DNA of 62,509 nucleotides, counting the filler, from Sphacelaria rigidula (taxonomy: Eukaryota), in NCBI GenBank assembly GCA_964200075.2. It is 11 parts of 11 records of this genome, joined end to end, with 100 filler letters (N's around TTAATTAATTAA, not from the genome) between each part and the next. Parts side by side here need not be neighbours in the genome. Positions count along the whole stretch, not along the records: positions 11,385 to 16,976 come from CAXNAA020026033.1; positions 17,077 to 22,668 come from CAXNAA020026034.1; positions 22,769 to 28,360 come from CAXNAA020026035.1; 8 more parts are not named here. One strand, given 5' to 3'. Under the pieces are notes generated by a model. That model made no database searches. It was given only the letters and a program-made list of their open reading frames with translations, and was not told the DNA's origin. A program made the position numbers and the translations under genes. Of this stretch, positions 11,739 through 24,608 are shown one piece after another (position 1 is the stretch's first letter; each line of letters opens with the position of its first letter).

Positions 11739-14249
11739 GATGGCCGCATGGACTGTATGTCAAGCATGCAGGCAGGACGTGCACCCCGTTAACCAACTCT
11801 AACAGTAATTCATATCATGGGTCGCAGCAATAACTGCGGCATATTCGGCGCAACACAGTCCGTGCAGCAGGCCCCACGAAAGATACCCGGTTGCACATTT
11901 CCATACTGCACGGAACTCCTCATGCGTGGTACAGACCGTGAGCGGAACCTACACCACGGGCTACGTTTACTGCCGTGCGGAAAACTCGAAAAAACATCAC
12001 TGCCATGCGCTGCATGCTGCACTCATACTATGCTCAAGCTAAATATGATTACTTCCTTCGCCGACAGGTAGCTATTGAGAACTACCACATGCCACACAAT
12101 AAGGGTAGGCACAATCAACATTTCGGCGCACTGAACGATTTTTCCGTTGCCGGATTGCGAAGATTCCACCATACCAAATTTCATTTCGGACCCCATTTGT
12201 TCGCGTCAACCCAGCTTCATTCAAATTTTCCACAAATACCCCAACTCATCGGTTATCGGAATCTAAATTCGTGGGGAACATGGTGCTTCGCAATCACCAG
12301 CAGTTGATTGAGGAACACAGGATATTTACACTAATCGGAGCGGATGCTGACGTTGCATGTTGCGCGGTGTCATGCACAATGCAAATGTCCATCGTGATTC
12401 ATAATGATGACTTCAATCATACCCAAGTTGTACTTGCACCCTTTTTGTTCCCTGCCATCACACCTTTTCACGTATCAATGGTGGCATAAATGGAGGAAGG
12501 CGATTGGACAGAAGCGCTGGTGTCTACATGTCGGGACTATCCCGCGTGTAAACCTTCGAACCGTTGTCATGAGGGGGTGTTAACCACCGTCAGATATTGA
12601 TGAATATCCTAATTTCAGCTGCAGAGGACAGGCGGGGTGACACACGCGCTCGTACATCGCTGAGGGGACCGCTGTCGCCCTGCACAGCGATATAACCGCA
12701 CAAGTTACATCCTTGTATCCTCTCTATTCGTGTGCAACTCGCTGATACCGCAATCGTCGCCGTGCGATCGCGGGGAAACATCTCGTGGGCATTGCTACAA
12801 ACGGGATGTCGCATGAGGCCACCCGTCCACGCGTGATGCATGCAGCAGGAAATAAAGGCCAGTGTCACTAAAGCACAGGGCGTGCTACACGTTGTGGCGT
12901 GAGATTTGCGCTACCTAATCCTAAGTCATGTGAGCACTACAGCATATGGTCCGAGGGGGTGTTATAATACCATGAATCAATCTGTAGTCACGAAGACGTC
13001 ATATATACGGGCTATACTGCACTAACTATAGCAGTGTCAGAGAGCAGTCATGCTCAACATGAGGGAGCAATGTCAACCTCGGGTCATCTTCAACTCGCAA
13101 ACACACACAGGGAAATCACAAGTGCATGGTGGACATGAACTACTGTAGCATGGCGACATGCGCCGATGCATGGTACGGCGCACCGCACAGCAGCGAAGAC
13201 GCTGCACCCTCTCTATATATGCTTACTCTTCGCTGCACTCATGGCCTACCTCGTACAGTAGAGGCGACATGCCGTCAGAGTACGCGGACCACAGGCGATC
13301 ATTGCATTGTATTGTCGCCGCAGCGGCGACGTACACATATCGAACAATGAGTGCTTCTCAACCACGTTGCGACATACCTTCTTGCACCCTCCCGCTGAGA
13401 TATGCGTGCTCGACCTCCGTAGTGCCAGTTATCCGGGCTGATGTGGAGCCCTCTTCCCCAAAGTCGTCTGTTCCTTTCGGCATTATATGTTAGGCCTTGG
13501 ACCATGACCATCTCAAAGCGTTTTGCCGTTTCGGATTATTTATATGATCAACACACCGCCTCCATAATATTGAAAAGGAATAACACTGAACCGGCTGTTC
13601 TTAGCCATGCACAGATCTGGGTTGAGGTCTCCCCGGTTTACGTCCCGACGAATTCGCACGTTCTTTGTCCGTTTGTTTTCCTATTCCGCTCATGTTCGGC
13701 AAATGTTTCCAGCTGTCTTTGCCTTGTTGGAACCCGCTCGCATGGGTCAGACACGCTCGGGTTCAAACTGGCTCGCGCTCCCGGTTATTACTCATTACAC
13801 TTATTACGCTGTGCTCACATCTCCTTGCCAACTCATTTCGAGTCCGGGCAAATTCCCGATGGCGTTATTTCTGAGGTGGTTCTACCCCGCGAGGAGTTTT
13901 CAAAGCTGATTCTAAGCCTTTGCCTACGAAAGATCATATATTAATGAGGCGACATCACTGTCATTTAAAAAGTGGATACATATGATGCCGATTTAAAACT
14001 GGATCACCTTTCGCCAGCACACGGTTACGTTCGGGATCGCTCATCGTAGTGTTCAAATGTATCGTTTTGTCGGTGGATCGCAATTTCACCACCTCCGGAC
14101 GTAGGCCCCTCCTCTCACGGTGGTATTCTTTCGGTTCAGTTCATCCTGGTGTTATTTTCACTTTCATGAGGCACCCAGCTATGTGGTGTTTGGCTCCCGC
14201 GGCACACGCTCACGGTCCAACGTGCTTGCTGTTGCCGGCCTTTGTTCCT

Positions 14250-14901
14250 TGCTCTGAGTTCGAAAACCTGTTCTTCACTTTGCTGACGGAGATCACCACA
14301 TGCAAGTCAGTGGGACATTGGAACGACAGCAGAAGGCTACCGCTGATCCACGACATATACTACACCGTTCGTGAGTTACTCCGTTTGGCTCAAATGAACC
14401 CGAACTTCAAGGAAGAGGGGTCGTTCATCGCGACGTTGGAAGCGGGGCTGGAGAACAGCTTGCTCGGCAACAAATTGGATGCCGCAGCCACCTAGACGCA
14501 CAACAAACTGATGAGAGCATCCAAACAAGGGCGACCGGTAAACATGGACCGGGTCGTCAAAGAGCTCGCCAAGGTAACCAAATTTCTTGGGGACGCCAGG
14601 AGCGGGGGGCCGTACCGCTCGCTCATGCACCCGAGACACACCAGTGGCTACAACAACCAACCGATATGGTCTGTATCGTCCGCGTACGCGGGCGTCAGCG
14701 TGCAAAGCCAGTACGACCCGGTACGCGGGCGCGGAAATGGTGGTAGTAACAGTGGAAGGAAGCCGGCCATGTGTAACCGGTGCAAGGATGCAGGAAAACG
14801 AGGCGCTGATATTTTGCATTCTTAACGGGGTGTGCCCTCTCGTGGGTTGCAGAAAGTACCACCAGTTTAGGCATATCAAGTGTAACTGCCCGAATGGATA
14901 G
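14250..14901 (+). mobile_element. Degenerate gag-like ORF of a DIRS/Ngaro-type retrotransposon
   Basis: Stop- and frameshift-interrupted ORF ending in CNRC...H and CRKYHQFRHIKCNCP (decayed CCHC knuckle). Lies upstream of, and on the same strand as, a DIRS-like RT. Confidence 0.6.
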
Positions 14902-15979
14902 GGATCGACGGGCTGGTCCGCTCATGTGTCCCGTCGACATTGTAAACAGTTGTAGTCGATCACTGCCCTTCAGCGGGTGGTATTTTCTGGTCTGCTTCGT
15001 CTGCCCCCTTTTAGTTCTTTGTTTTGATATAAACTTGCAACCCCTTTTGCTTTTCATTCCGTGCAGTAGTTCCAAGTTACTGCCGACAGGTGCGTGTCAC
15101 TTTTACAGTGTGAGACCTCCTGGATACATGATGTTCAGTAATGATTAGGCATAATGAAAAATGATTAGTTCAATATTTCTCACTATTTCGACACTGCTTC
15201 GTTTCCTTTCCAGTCAAGCATGGGAGGCCATCCGAGATTATGGCCTCTCCGCTCTCGACCGCTGCAGTGTACTATTAATACTGCATTCGGGCTCATATCA
15301 AAAAGTAAAGTGGCTGGTTGCTATCGAATCATGGTATGATGATTCGATTTGTTTTTCCCTTTCAGCGGCCGCAAAGACAAATTACCTATCCAAATATATT
15401 TTACATACATCGACTTCACATGATGAAATGTCCCACCCGACTCCAGACCCTCTCCAAACACCTCTGCACCTTGCCCTTTTCTTGGCTCGGACTTTGGTCG
15501 ATGGTTGAGCGCGAGGACTCGCTTAGTTTTCTCACACCTTTAGTTTTCTGTTGCCACGTATGACAACATCATGTTTTCCCGACGTATATATTCATGCAGA
15601 TACGATTTCATACTTTTTACATGTATACAGGTATAATGTTCCACAGGAAGCTCGTAACGGTGTCTTTCACAAGAAACAGATCCCCATTTCCATGTTATCA
15701 TAAAAATACCTTGCCACGTGCCCAACACCGTAATAAATACGCGGGTTGGATTGAGGCGGGTTGTTTTTGAGCCGAGCGAGTACAGCGTACTGCAAACGTT
15801 GGTACACAGAATGTTCACGGTACGATTCTAAGGGAGTCGCAAGACCAGAGCTCAACCATCGACCTCACCAATAATGAAGTCCTATTGCAAGAACAGCGTA
15901 CACCACAACAGGCTACGATATGGATGACAAATGTTTTGTTCCAGCTCATCTCCAGTCGGTAGTCTCGTTCTAGAAAAAC

Positions 15980-16950
15980 GTGATCTTACAAGAAACTCCT
16001 GAGGCCGAACGTGACACCCTCCTTGGGCTGGGTGCGCGGCGTTCCCGTGCATCATTCATTGACCCCACATATCCCGAAAGGGGTAGACTGGCGCTCAGAA
16101 TAAATGGGACGACAACACACACTCACAAACACACTGCTACCGGTGTGTTTCAGGGCCGCAGGTTCAACAGTGCAGACCTGACACAGGTGCATTTTCCCCA
16201 ATCATATTCCAGATGAATACCGTTCTTGGGTCGCCGAGGAAGTCACAGGACTCGTACGTAAAGGATGTAATGCTCGCTGGGCAGACATAGCCGATACGAC
16301 AACCGACAGTAAGCCCCATGCGGTGTTACCCTTGGGGGTCGAAACAGCGAACCCTAGACTTATTTGGGACGCGCGCTGACTCAATTTGATATGCAAGCAC
16401 GTCCCTTTTACTATGGACGGAGTAGGTAAGGTGGCTCAAGGCGCATGGCTAGAGGCCCATCAGATGACGATCGACCACAAGGCGGGCGATCACCATGTAG
16501 CTTTTCAACCGGATTTGTGGAATATTTCAATATTTCGATTGTGAACGGGAAGGCCAATTTCATGTGTTCATAGTTCTTGCCTTCGGATGGTGTTTGACAC
16601 CCGTAATGTACACATATTTGCTCGAAGCTGTAGCTCGATACCTACGTCCCAAGGGCGTTCAACCCTTACGTGGATCGACGACTTCTACGTTACGAATCCC
16701 AGGTCTACCAATACCCTACAACCAACTGCGCAGTTCAAAGCCACACAAACTGCGAAGTATTGGCATTGAATGTCTAGTACAGAGCGGGATAGTTTTATCT
16801 CTGTCCCGAAGTGTCAACTTCAACCCACTACCCGTTTGGTGCTCCGACGTGTTATCTGTGATCCAGTTTTCTTGTCGTTTCGAAGCCCCGGCGGAAAGCT
16901 ATATACTGTGGCGAAATCACGCCGTCACGATTGAGTATGTAGTGGATCCT
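15980..16950 (+). mobile_element. Degenerate reverse transcriptase of a DIRS/Ngaro-like (tyrosine-recombinase class) retrotransposon
   Basis: Across frameshifts reads VLPLGVETANPRLIWDAR*LNLICKHVPFTMDGVGKVAQ..IDHKAGDHHV, then VFIVLAFGWCLTPVMY..EAVARYLR, then LTWIDDFY (RT motifs D..GY.H, LPFG..P, YxDD as WIDD). Recombinase not within the contig. Confidence 0.8.
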
Positions 16951-17526
16951 GGATGATGACCAGGGGACAAGGGCACNNNNNNNNNNNNNNNNNNNNNNNN
17001 NNNNNNNNNNNNNNNNNNNNTTAATTAATTAANNNNNNNNNNNNNNNNNNNNNNNNNNNNNNNNNNNNNNNNNNNNAAAACAGGGCTCCACACTTAGTCC
17101 CCCATCGTATTACTAGCATAGCTTAACTTACGACAAAAAAAAAAGGGGCAAAAAAAAAAACGCAAAAAAAAAAAAAAATGCAGAAAAAGTGCAGAAAAGC
17201 GAAAAATAACGCAGGAAGAAAAATAAAAAGCGCAGACAACGAGCAAAAAAAGAGCGGATGGAGTTTGAGTCTAGTCACATGATGGATGTATTCAAGAAAA
17301 ACAAAACTGTATACCCGTACATATAATAGTACTATAGTAAGCGACCATTATTGTCATCGTGTATTGTTTTTTTTAATGATTGTCGCACTTCAACTGACCC
17401 CCCAGGGATCCAGCCGTGGCCGCATGATGGACGTACCCGAGACAAAACAAAACTGAAACACTCGCTGAAGAAAAAAGAAGAAACAGAAGAGGTGGAACAA
17501 AAGGATAACATAGTAGACGAGGACAT

Positions 17527-17994
17527 CACACGCGGCCATTTGGCTACCCCCGAAATTCCTCTAGGTCGGTCAACTTTTCGAGCCACCACCAGAAGAATTT
17601 AACGCCTCCGCAGCATGCCCATCTGCTCACAATAAACATACGCGGTCATTTGGCTACCTACCCCCCAACATGCCTCCGAAGGGATGCGCGGCCCTCCAGA
17701 GGCAGAACAAGCCTCCGGAGGCCTTCAATCCCTCTGGAGGAAACCAAACACTTTTGACCTGGAGGGCTGCGCACCTCTCCGGAGGAATTTGGGGGTAGCA
17801 AAATGCCTTCGGAGAGATTCGCGGCACTCCAGAGGCAAAAACAAGCCTCCGGAGGCGTTTAATCCCTATGGAGAGGGAACAAAAAACAATCCTCAGGAAG
17901 GCCGGGCAGCCTTCCGGGGGCGTTTAATTCCTCTGGAGACTCGAAAAATTGACCGTCTAGAGGAATTTCGGGGGTAGCCAAATGGCCGCGTGTG
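17527..17994. mobile_element. MITE family B with ~55-bp TIRs and CACAC...GTGTG termini
   Basis: CACACGCGGCCATTTGGCTACCCCCGAAATTCCTCTAG ... CTAGAGGAATTTCGGGGGTAGCCAAATGGCCGCGTGTG. Internal TIR-like copies at about 17637-17666 and 17785-17806. Confidence 0.9.
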
Positions 17995-18424
17995 AAGTCT
18001 GGACCATTTTTTAGTAATTCCTCTGTTGTACCGTACGGAGATAGCGTCTATACTAACCTACCTCTATATGAAACCTGAACAATATATAATGTGGATAGTG
18101 ACGATTTGATGTGGACAGTATTTCCTCAAGCACGGGGGAACCATCGATCCCCTCACCCTCGCCTAATTCGTTATTTATCTCAAGATAAGGCGCACACAAT
18201 GTTCCGTACTAAAATCAACACCTTACGAGCAGAGGCACCAAATGCACCAAACCTGGATATCGCGTCTCAGTTTTTGAGAGTTGTACCTTGAAATTTCGTA
18301 CAGAGTATCGCTAGCTCATTTTTTAGTTTAGTAGCGGAGTTTTTTAGGACAATTGGAAGGGGAAAGGGGACACGCTCTCGGACCTTATCTCAGTTTTTCA
18401 GCTCAATTTTTATAACTATGTAAT

Positions 18425-18910
18425 TTGAAACTTAGCATGGAGAATCGCAAAGAAAGGCACGCCGAAGAAAAAAATGGACCTTCGATTTTTGTTTTGAAGG
18501 GGGTATTGATTGACATTCTCGTGAAAATATGGTCATTACTAAACGAATACATCCTAAATGAGTTAAAAATGATGGGAAAAAAACATAATTTCCCACTTTT
18601 TTTGGTTCATCATGGTCTACTGGCCTAGCGAGGCCTCACACAAATTTTCAAAACACAAGTACTAAACCTGAGGCGGTAAATGGCCGGAAAATGTTCCTCC
18701 GAATTTCGCACGGCCCGGTTTATAAATCGCCCCGCCTCTTACCTCATGTTTTGAGAGTTGGACTTTCGATTTGGTACGGAGAATGAACAGGGCATAATGC
18801 AAAAATATCATCGGGACGTAAATTTTTTTTAATGAGTCCACGGCTCTCAAAATTGAGGTGAGGCGGGGTCTGCAAACCATGAATTCGCGTCTAGGCCGGC
18901 CCAGCTCGTA
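18425..18910 (+). mobile_element. Non-autonomous DNA-transposon-like repeat related to 57120-58837
   Basis: TTAGCATGGAGAA... start, colinear GAGAGTTGGAC..TGGTA.GGA..AGGGCAT block, and CTAGGC.GGCCCAGCTCGTA end are all shared with contig 11. Confidence 0.7.
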
Positions 18911-19177
18911 CTCAGGTGGTGAAGCTCAAAGAATTCAGCGCAGCAGAGCAGATACAGACACACACCAAGGGGATATCGCAGAGCCATCGACCAAGGACAC
19001 AATAATCCAAATCAATATGAGCAGACAGGATTCTTCGATTTGGGGCCCTCGACGCAGCAGCCTCTCGTTCGTGGTGGCGGTCCACCACGTGTCTTCGAAC
19101 TCTTCCGCTCTTTTTTCCACTCCAATATGCCGTGTCCCCATGTTCGTTGCCGCAATGACCCAAACATATATGCATCG

Positions 19178-21110
19178 TTAACCTCTACACCGTAGACGAA
19201 CCCTTTCCGTCGTACTCCTTTGTGCGGGACAGCTCCTAGTGCACGGGGGGTCTCGTGGAGGCTTCCACCCCCATCGCTTGGGAGGACGGCCAGCCTCCTT
19301 GGGCTCTCGTGCGGCTAGCCGTTCGTTCATGATGCGCTTGGGAAGGCGTGTTTCCTTCTGCCGGACGAGGGCTCCGGCGAACCAGAGTAGTAGTTGACGT
19401 TTGCGGATAATCGTCTCGATACCTCCGCAGTTGGTCCTCTCGAGCACCGCTCTGTACGAAAGAGTCTTGTAGCCAGCCATTTCGATATTTTCTTGCGGAA
19501 TCCAGCCACTCTCAGCAAGAGCTTATTGTGAAGGGCAGTGCGTAGACTGTCGAAGTCCTCAGAACGTAACGTTCATGTGTCACATCCGTACAACAGAGCT
19601 TCCGCCATCATCTATCTCCGCTTCTAAATAGCCGGACTTTCAACGCTAGCTGGGCGTTGGGTCAATCGTAGAGTTGAAAGCTATATACGCGCCCACGCTG
19701 CGCTGATGCGGCGGTTGATTTCGATGGATATGTTGGCATCCGCGCTGATAGCACCATCAAGGTAGACGAACTTCCCCGTCTGCTTACACCGTTGTCCGGC
19801 AGCTTTGATGTGCAGAGCAGTCCCGTGGGAGCGGGTACTGACCAAAGGTGCATGGACTCTGCCTTCCTCTCGGAGACCGTCAGGCCGAATTCCTGGCAGG
19901 TCACCACTACCACAACCATCAATCGAGCAAGACGGCCGTCTGAGATCTTCGAGACTATGCCGGCGTCGCCCGCATAAAGCATTGCCCACACCGCGCGTCG
20001 CACCTTTTCCAGCGGCGTCTGTTCCAAGGGTTCACCAGCGTCACCTTTCGGCACATCATCTAGAGAAACCAAGTCCGAGACGATGACTGGGTCCGCTGCG
20101 AACCGACGATTACGTCGACCAAGGCTGCGCCGAAGATGTTGACCAGCAGCGGGGACGAAACGCAACCTTGCCCGGTTCCCTGGCAGACGTGAAGCCACGC
20201 TGATAGTTCGCCACCATCTTCTTGTACCCGGGCTCGCATGCCGTCGTGAAACATACCGATGATCGTTATCATTCGGAGCGGGACTCCGAACCGAGCGAGC
20301 ACTTCTCACAGGAGCGTGCGGTCCAAGGAATAGGAGGCTTTCTGCAGAGATCGATAAAGCACACATTTAGTGGGACGTTGCTTGCCCGTCCCAACTCCTG
20401 AAGTCGGCGTACTACGACTGTTATGTCTGTGATGGATCATTGGCGCCTAAATCCATACTGCTCTTCCGGGAAGATGTCTGTTTACTCACAAAATTACCGA
20501 GTCTTTTTGGCTACGAGTTTGAAGATAAATTTAACATAATAATGTACCACAAGTGAAATGCTCCTGTAGTTACTACACTCGGTCCTATCCTTATTTTGTG
20601 CAGCACTTTGATAGTGACATATTCTCATTCTTCAGCACCTCGTCAGAAGTTCAAATCGCACAGACGATACTATGAAAGTGCGTGCAGAATCTCCGACACC
20701 TCCACGTTCAGTCCAAGCTTCAGGATTTCAGCAAATAGACCATCCGGACCCATCGCTTTGCCGTTCGACATAGCTCTCAGCGCCTCCTCAGTTTCACTTA
20801 GGCTTGACGGGTTTCCTAGTGACAGCGCTATCGGTCGTTGCGCAATCTTCTCGATGACGGTTCGGTCGATGGTTGCCGATATGGCGTTCAGCAATGCGAA
20901 GGAGTACCGTTCCCATATCTCACGGGTCAAACCTTTGTCCCGCAGTATGTTCCCGCCCTCGTCTCGAATGTACTGCTCACTCTTGATTGGTCGTCCAGAC
21001 AGTCTCCATCCTCCTATGAGCTCGATCACTCCACAACAAGAAGAGCATAAGTTCTGGAAAGGGTGAGGCTGGAAAGATCTCGTCGATAGCTGTCCGAAAA
21101 CGCGTCGCTT
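19178..21110 (-). mobile_element. Degenerate, 5'-truncated RTE-clade LINE (reverse transcriptase ORF pseudogene)
   Basis: Fragments ETEEALRAMSNGKAMGPDGLFAEILK, LARFGVP..FHDGMRARV..QGTGQGCVSSPLLVNIF, WAMLYAGDAGIVS (YADD mutated), KFVYLDGAIS..EINRRISAAW, IETIIRKRQLLLWFAGALVRQKETRLPKRIM. Many stops and frameshifts. Confidence 0.92.
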
Positions 21111-22768
21111 GGTATTGGCACCCTCTTCGTCATGGAGTAATCGATAGAGCTTTGACATTCGGTCCAGGTGGTGTGCGATGAGATGTCTGTGCCATCCTCT
21201 CATGTCCCCCGCACGAGTATCTCTTCCAACTCTCTAGCATACACATGTCAGGCCAGGATGTCTGTGCAGGCAGCCCCGCAATCTAATGCACTGAAAGTGG
21301 ACGCCTTGTGGGTGAGTCGTGGGTGCTTACCGCGTGGGTGCCATTGCTGTACCCGAAGGTATGTCCCTGATGCGGCTTTGTAGGTATTCGAGATTGGTCT
21401 CTCATGACTCCGGCATGCAAGATCATTAGTACACCTCCTCCCATGGGCCGCTCCCCTAGAAGGGAAATTAATTTTCCACTTCAAGGGGAAGAGGGTGTTT
21501 CGCCCCCATATTGTAGGGCCACATGCCTATATTTTAAGAACGTCGACATCTTTAGGGCATGGCGTGGGGCAAAGCGCTTCGCTCTACAGTATATGCCATC
21601 GCTCTTTCGCGTCAGCGCTTCGCTCCATGTCATCTCTGGGGGACGAATGGTCCGATGCAGCTACAGCAGTTGCAGTCTAAATGTGGTAATCACTCACTCG
21701 GGATTTTTTCACCGACGATTCGTCACCTCCACTCGAAAGTCTACCCCGTAGACACCAAGCGTTGCCTCGGAACGGTTCCACAGACTGACTGGACAGGGAC
21801 ATCCGGGGGTGGGGGGGGGTCATGTTTGAGAGAGGAGGGGGGTTGTTCGCAGAACAGCCAGGAAGCTCACAAGGCCAACCATGTGTGTTAAGTTCCCCCG
21901 GAAAATTTCAAGCCAGAAACGAGGCCCGAGAGGAGCGGAATGATCATTCTGACCAATAACGGCAGTCAAAATTGTCACTTTCATCTTTGCTCCCCTACAG
22001 ATGGACTATAAGTGGACTCCTTCGCTGTCTAGCCGAACTTCCCATTTTGACCATGGTCACTCAACCATAGATAGCATGGACACAATATTTAACGTACTTT
22101 TTATCTGGTCGTGGTTTATGCCGCCTGCCTGACCCCTCTTCTTGTGTTTCCAGCATAGCTTCACACCATCTGTAGTGCTGTTGAGGAACTCTAAGTAGAG
22201 AAATCAGCAGCATGCAGTGAATTGTGCTCAGGCCGGGGTTTAACGTGGCAAGAAAAATAGAACGCGCCGTGAGAGTCAGAGTGATTATGGCGGATTCCGT
22301 TTTTTTCTTTTTCTTTTTTTGTGCTCCCAAGCTGCTGCCCACTAGCTCTCAACCAAACGGAAGGGCAACAACAGCAAAAAATAAAAATAAACGCCGGGAT
22401 CACTCTCACTCTCACAGCGGGTTCTGACCTTTCACCTTTCTTGTTTCGTTATTACGGGCCCCCAGTGGAGAACGATGGCACGCTGACCATTTCTTGCCGT
22501 TATATCCATCGAAGATATACGACACACATACTGACTGCATGTAATAATAGACTGCAGGATCAAAGTCGGTTAGGTGTTCTCCGGGACTCTTTTTCTATAG
22601 AACAACCGATTTTCGAAAATGGGGTTGAAAAAAAAATGAGGTTAAACTCAAAAGCCGTGCTTTCCCTGNNNNNNNNNNNNNNNNNNNNNNNNNNNNNNNN
22701 NNNNNNNNNNNNTTAATTAATTAANNNNNNNNNNNNNNNNNNNNNNNNNNNNNNNNNNNNNNNNNNNN

Positions 22769-23110
22769 AATATGGTTCCATTTCTTCACCTACTGATAGC
22801 TATTGACAACTGCTACACTTCATAGAAATTTGGATTTCGATCACCGAAATGTTGGGGTCCTAGGTGAAAAACCAAATGTGGGGAGTTTCGGGTGTCCGAA
22901 CGAACGCCAAAATGAACCCGACATTGGTTTTTCCCCTAGAACCCCAACATTTCGGTGATCGAAATCCATATTTACACGGCGTGTAGCAGTAGTTGTCAAT
23001 AGCTATCAGTAGGTGAAGAAGTGGAACCGTATTTCGAAGATTTGGTGTGGATACGAAGATTTTAATTCTACGGGTTTCTCATCCCCAATAAAAGATCCAT
23101 CCCCGATTCG
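22769..23110. mobile_element. MITE family A, second copy, truncated by the contig start
   Basis: CTTCACCTACTGATAGCTATTGACAAC ... GTTGTCAATAGCTATCAGTAGGTGAAG inverted pair; clear similarity to 4431-4858. Confidence 0.85.
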
Positions 23111-24404
23111 TAAGATCGCGTGGTTTCTTCACTTTTCTTTGGCAAGTTCTTCAGTTTTGTTCATGTCTCGGGTACATCTCTCATGTGACTACGGCTGGAT
23201 ACCTGGGGGATCAGTTAGAGTGCGACAAGCGGTCCATCCATGAAATCATACAATGTCATGTAGCAACCACGGCAAAGTGTGCGTTGGCAGAGTTCATCGG
23301 CTCCGATTCTGGAAAAAAAGCTCGTCCCACCCGTGCCGTGGAGCACATGGGACTGCCTGCCCCCAAAAGATCCGAATGTTACCCTTCTTCCACGGAAACC
23401 ACGTGTTTCAAATACGAAATTGTACGAGCAGTTTGTGTGAACTCTTTTGCTGAAGGGACCAGCTCGAGTAAAGTCTACTGAGTTGATCCGAAAGCAAACA
23501 ATGGCGGACCCGCCGAGAAACGCAAAACGCCCGTGGAACGCCAAACAACGTGCCCTGCGTTGGGCATGATATAGTGTCACAGTTTTTATCGTCCTCAATG
23601 AGCGAGACATATGGTGAAGTCTTGAAACGGACTCGATGAGGCACGGAATCATAAACGGGTACAAAACGCTACATTATCTGCACATTTTTTCCACCCAAGA
23701 TTTCTGGCTCAATTCTACGGACAACAACGTTTTCGTGAGATTGAGAGTAGATCGCCGATTGAGAGTGGGATATATTATTCCCTCTCACTTGGCCATTTTT
23801 TCATTCCGTGTGTGTGTGTTTTTTAGCCTGTATCACTGGCATGTGCCTACAGCTACACGTCGATATCCTACTCAGGGATATCAAGGGCTTCCGTGGCAAG
23901 CAAGTCCAGAAAGCACCTCGTGGATGGACATCTCGGAACGGAAACAATTCATTAATTAATTGAGCGCTCTTCACTTTCAGTCATATCCTCTACTCCATCC
24001 CACGAAAACACTGTTGGACCGCAACACATAAATGGACGTCCATTGTCCATTTTGACAACTGAAACGTGATCGCATGTTTCTATTCGCCGTACCCTAGACC
24101 CCCCCATCACTCGAACGGATACGGCTGAGATAGCCGCCGATCAGAGACCGCGGTTGATTCGCCGTTCAGAACTGGGTGGAAATCGTCGTTGTTTACAGAG
24201 CGTCGCCAATAGAGTGGTCAAACAGCCGGTGCCTACCTAGACGGACCAGAGACAGTTCGTACCGCCCCAAGCAAAACAGTACGAGAATATTACCGAAATG
24301 ATGGCGAAGGTCGACGGCCGGGTTCGGTTCGGGTAGAGACCTCGAGCTACGAACCAGGGTGCCCTAGCGCGCTTTGATTTGATCAATTGATTGGTTGTCG
24401 TACA

Positions 24405-24608
24405 TTACAAAGTTTCGGAAAACGTTTTCTTGTCATTTGAGAGTGCAAATATCTCATGATCAGAGTGTAATAAAAATTATTTCCTCTTCCGTGAAATGTG
24501 GTATCCCCTACACTTTTTTTCGATGAGGTGCTTTGTTTTATTTTGCCCTCTGATCCTGAGGTATTTGCACTCTGAAACGACAAGAGAGCGTTTTCCGAAA
24601 CTCTACAT
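24405..24608. repeat. Small inverted repeat / MITE-like element
   Basis: AGTTTCGGAAAACG..CTTGTC..AGAGTGCAAATA.CTCA.GATCAGAG pairs with CTCTGATC.TGAG.TATTTGCACTCT..GACAAG..CGTTTTCCGAAACT. Confidence 0.8.
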
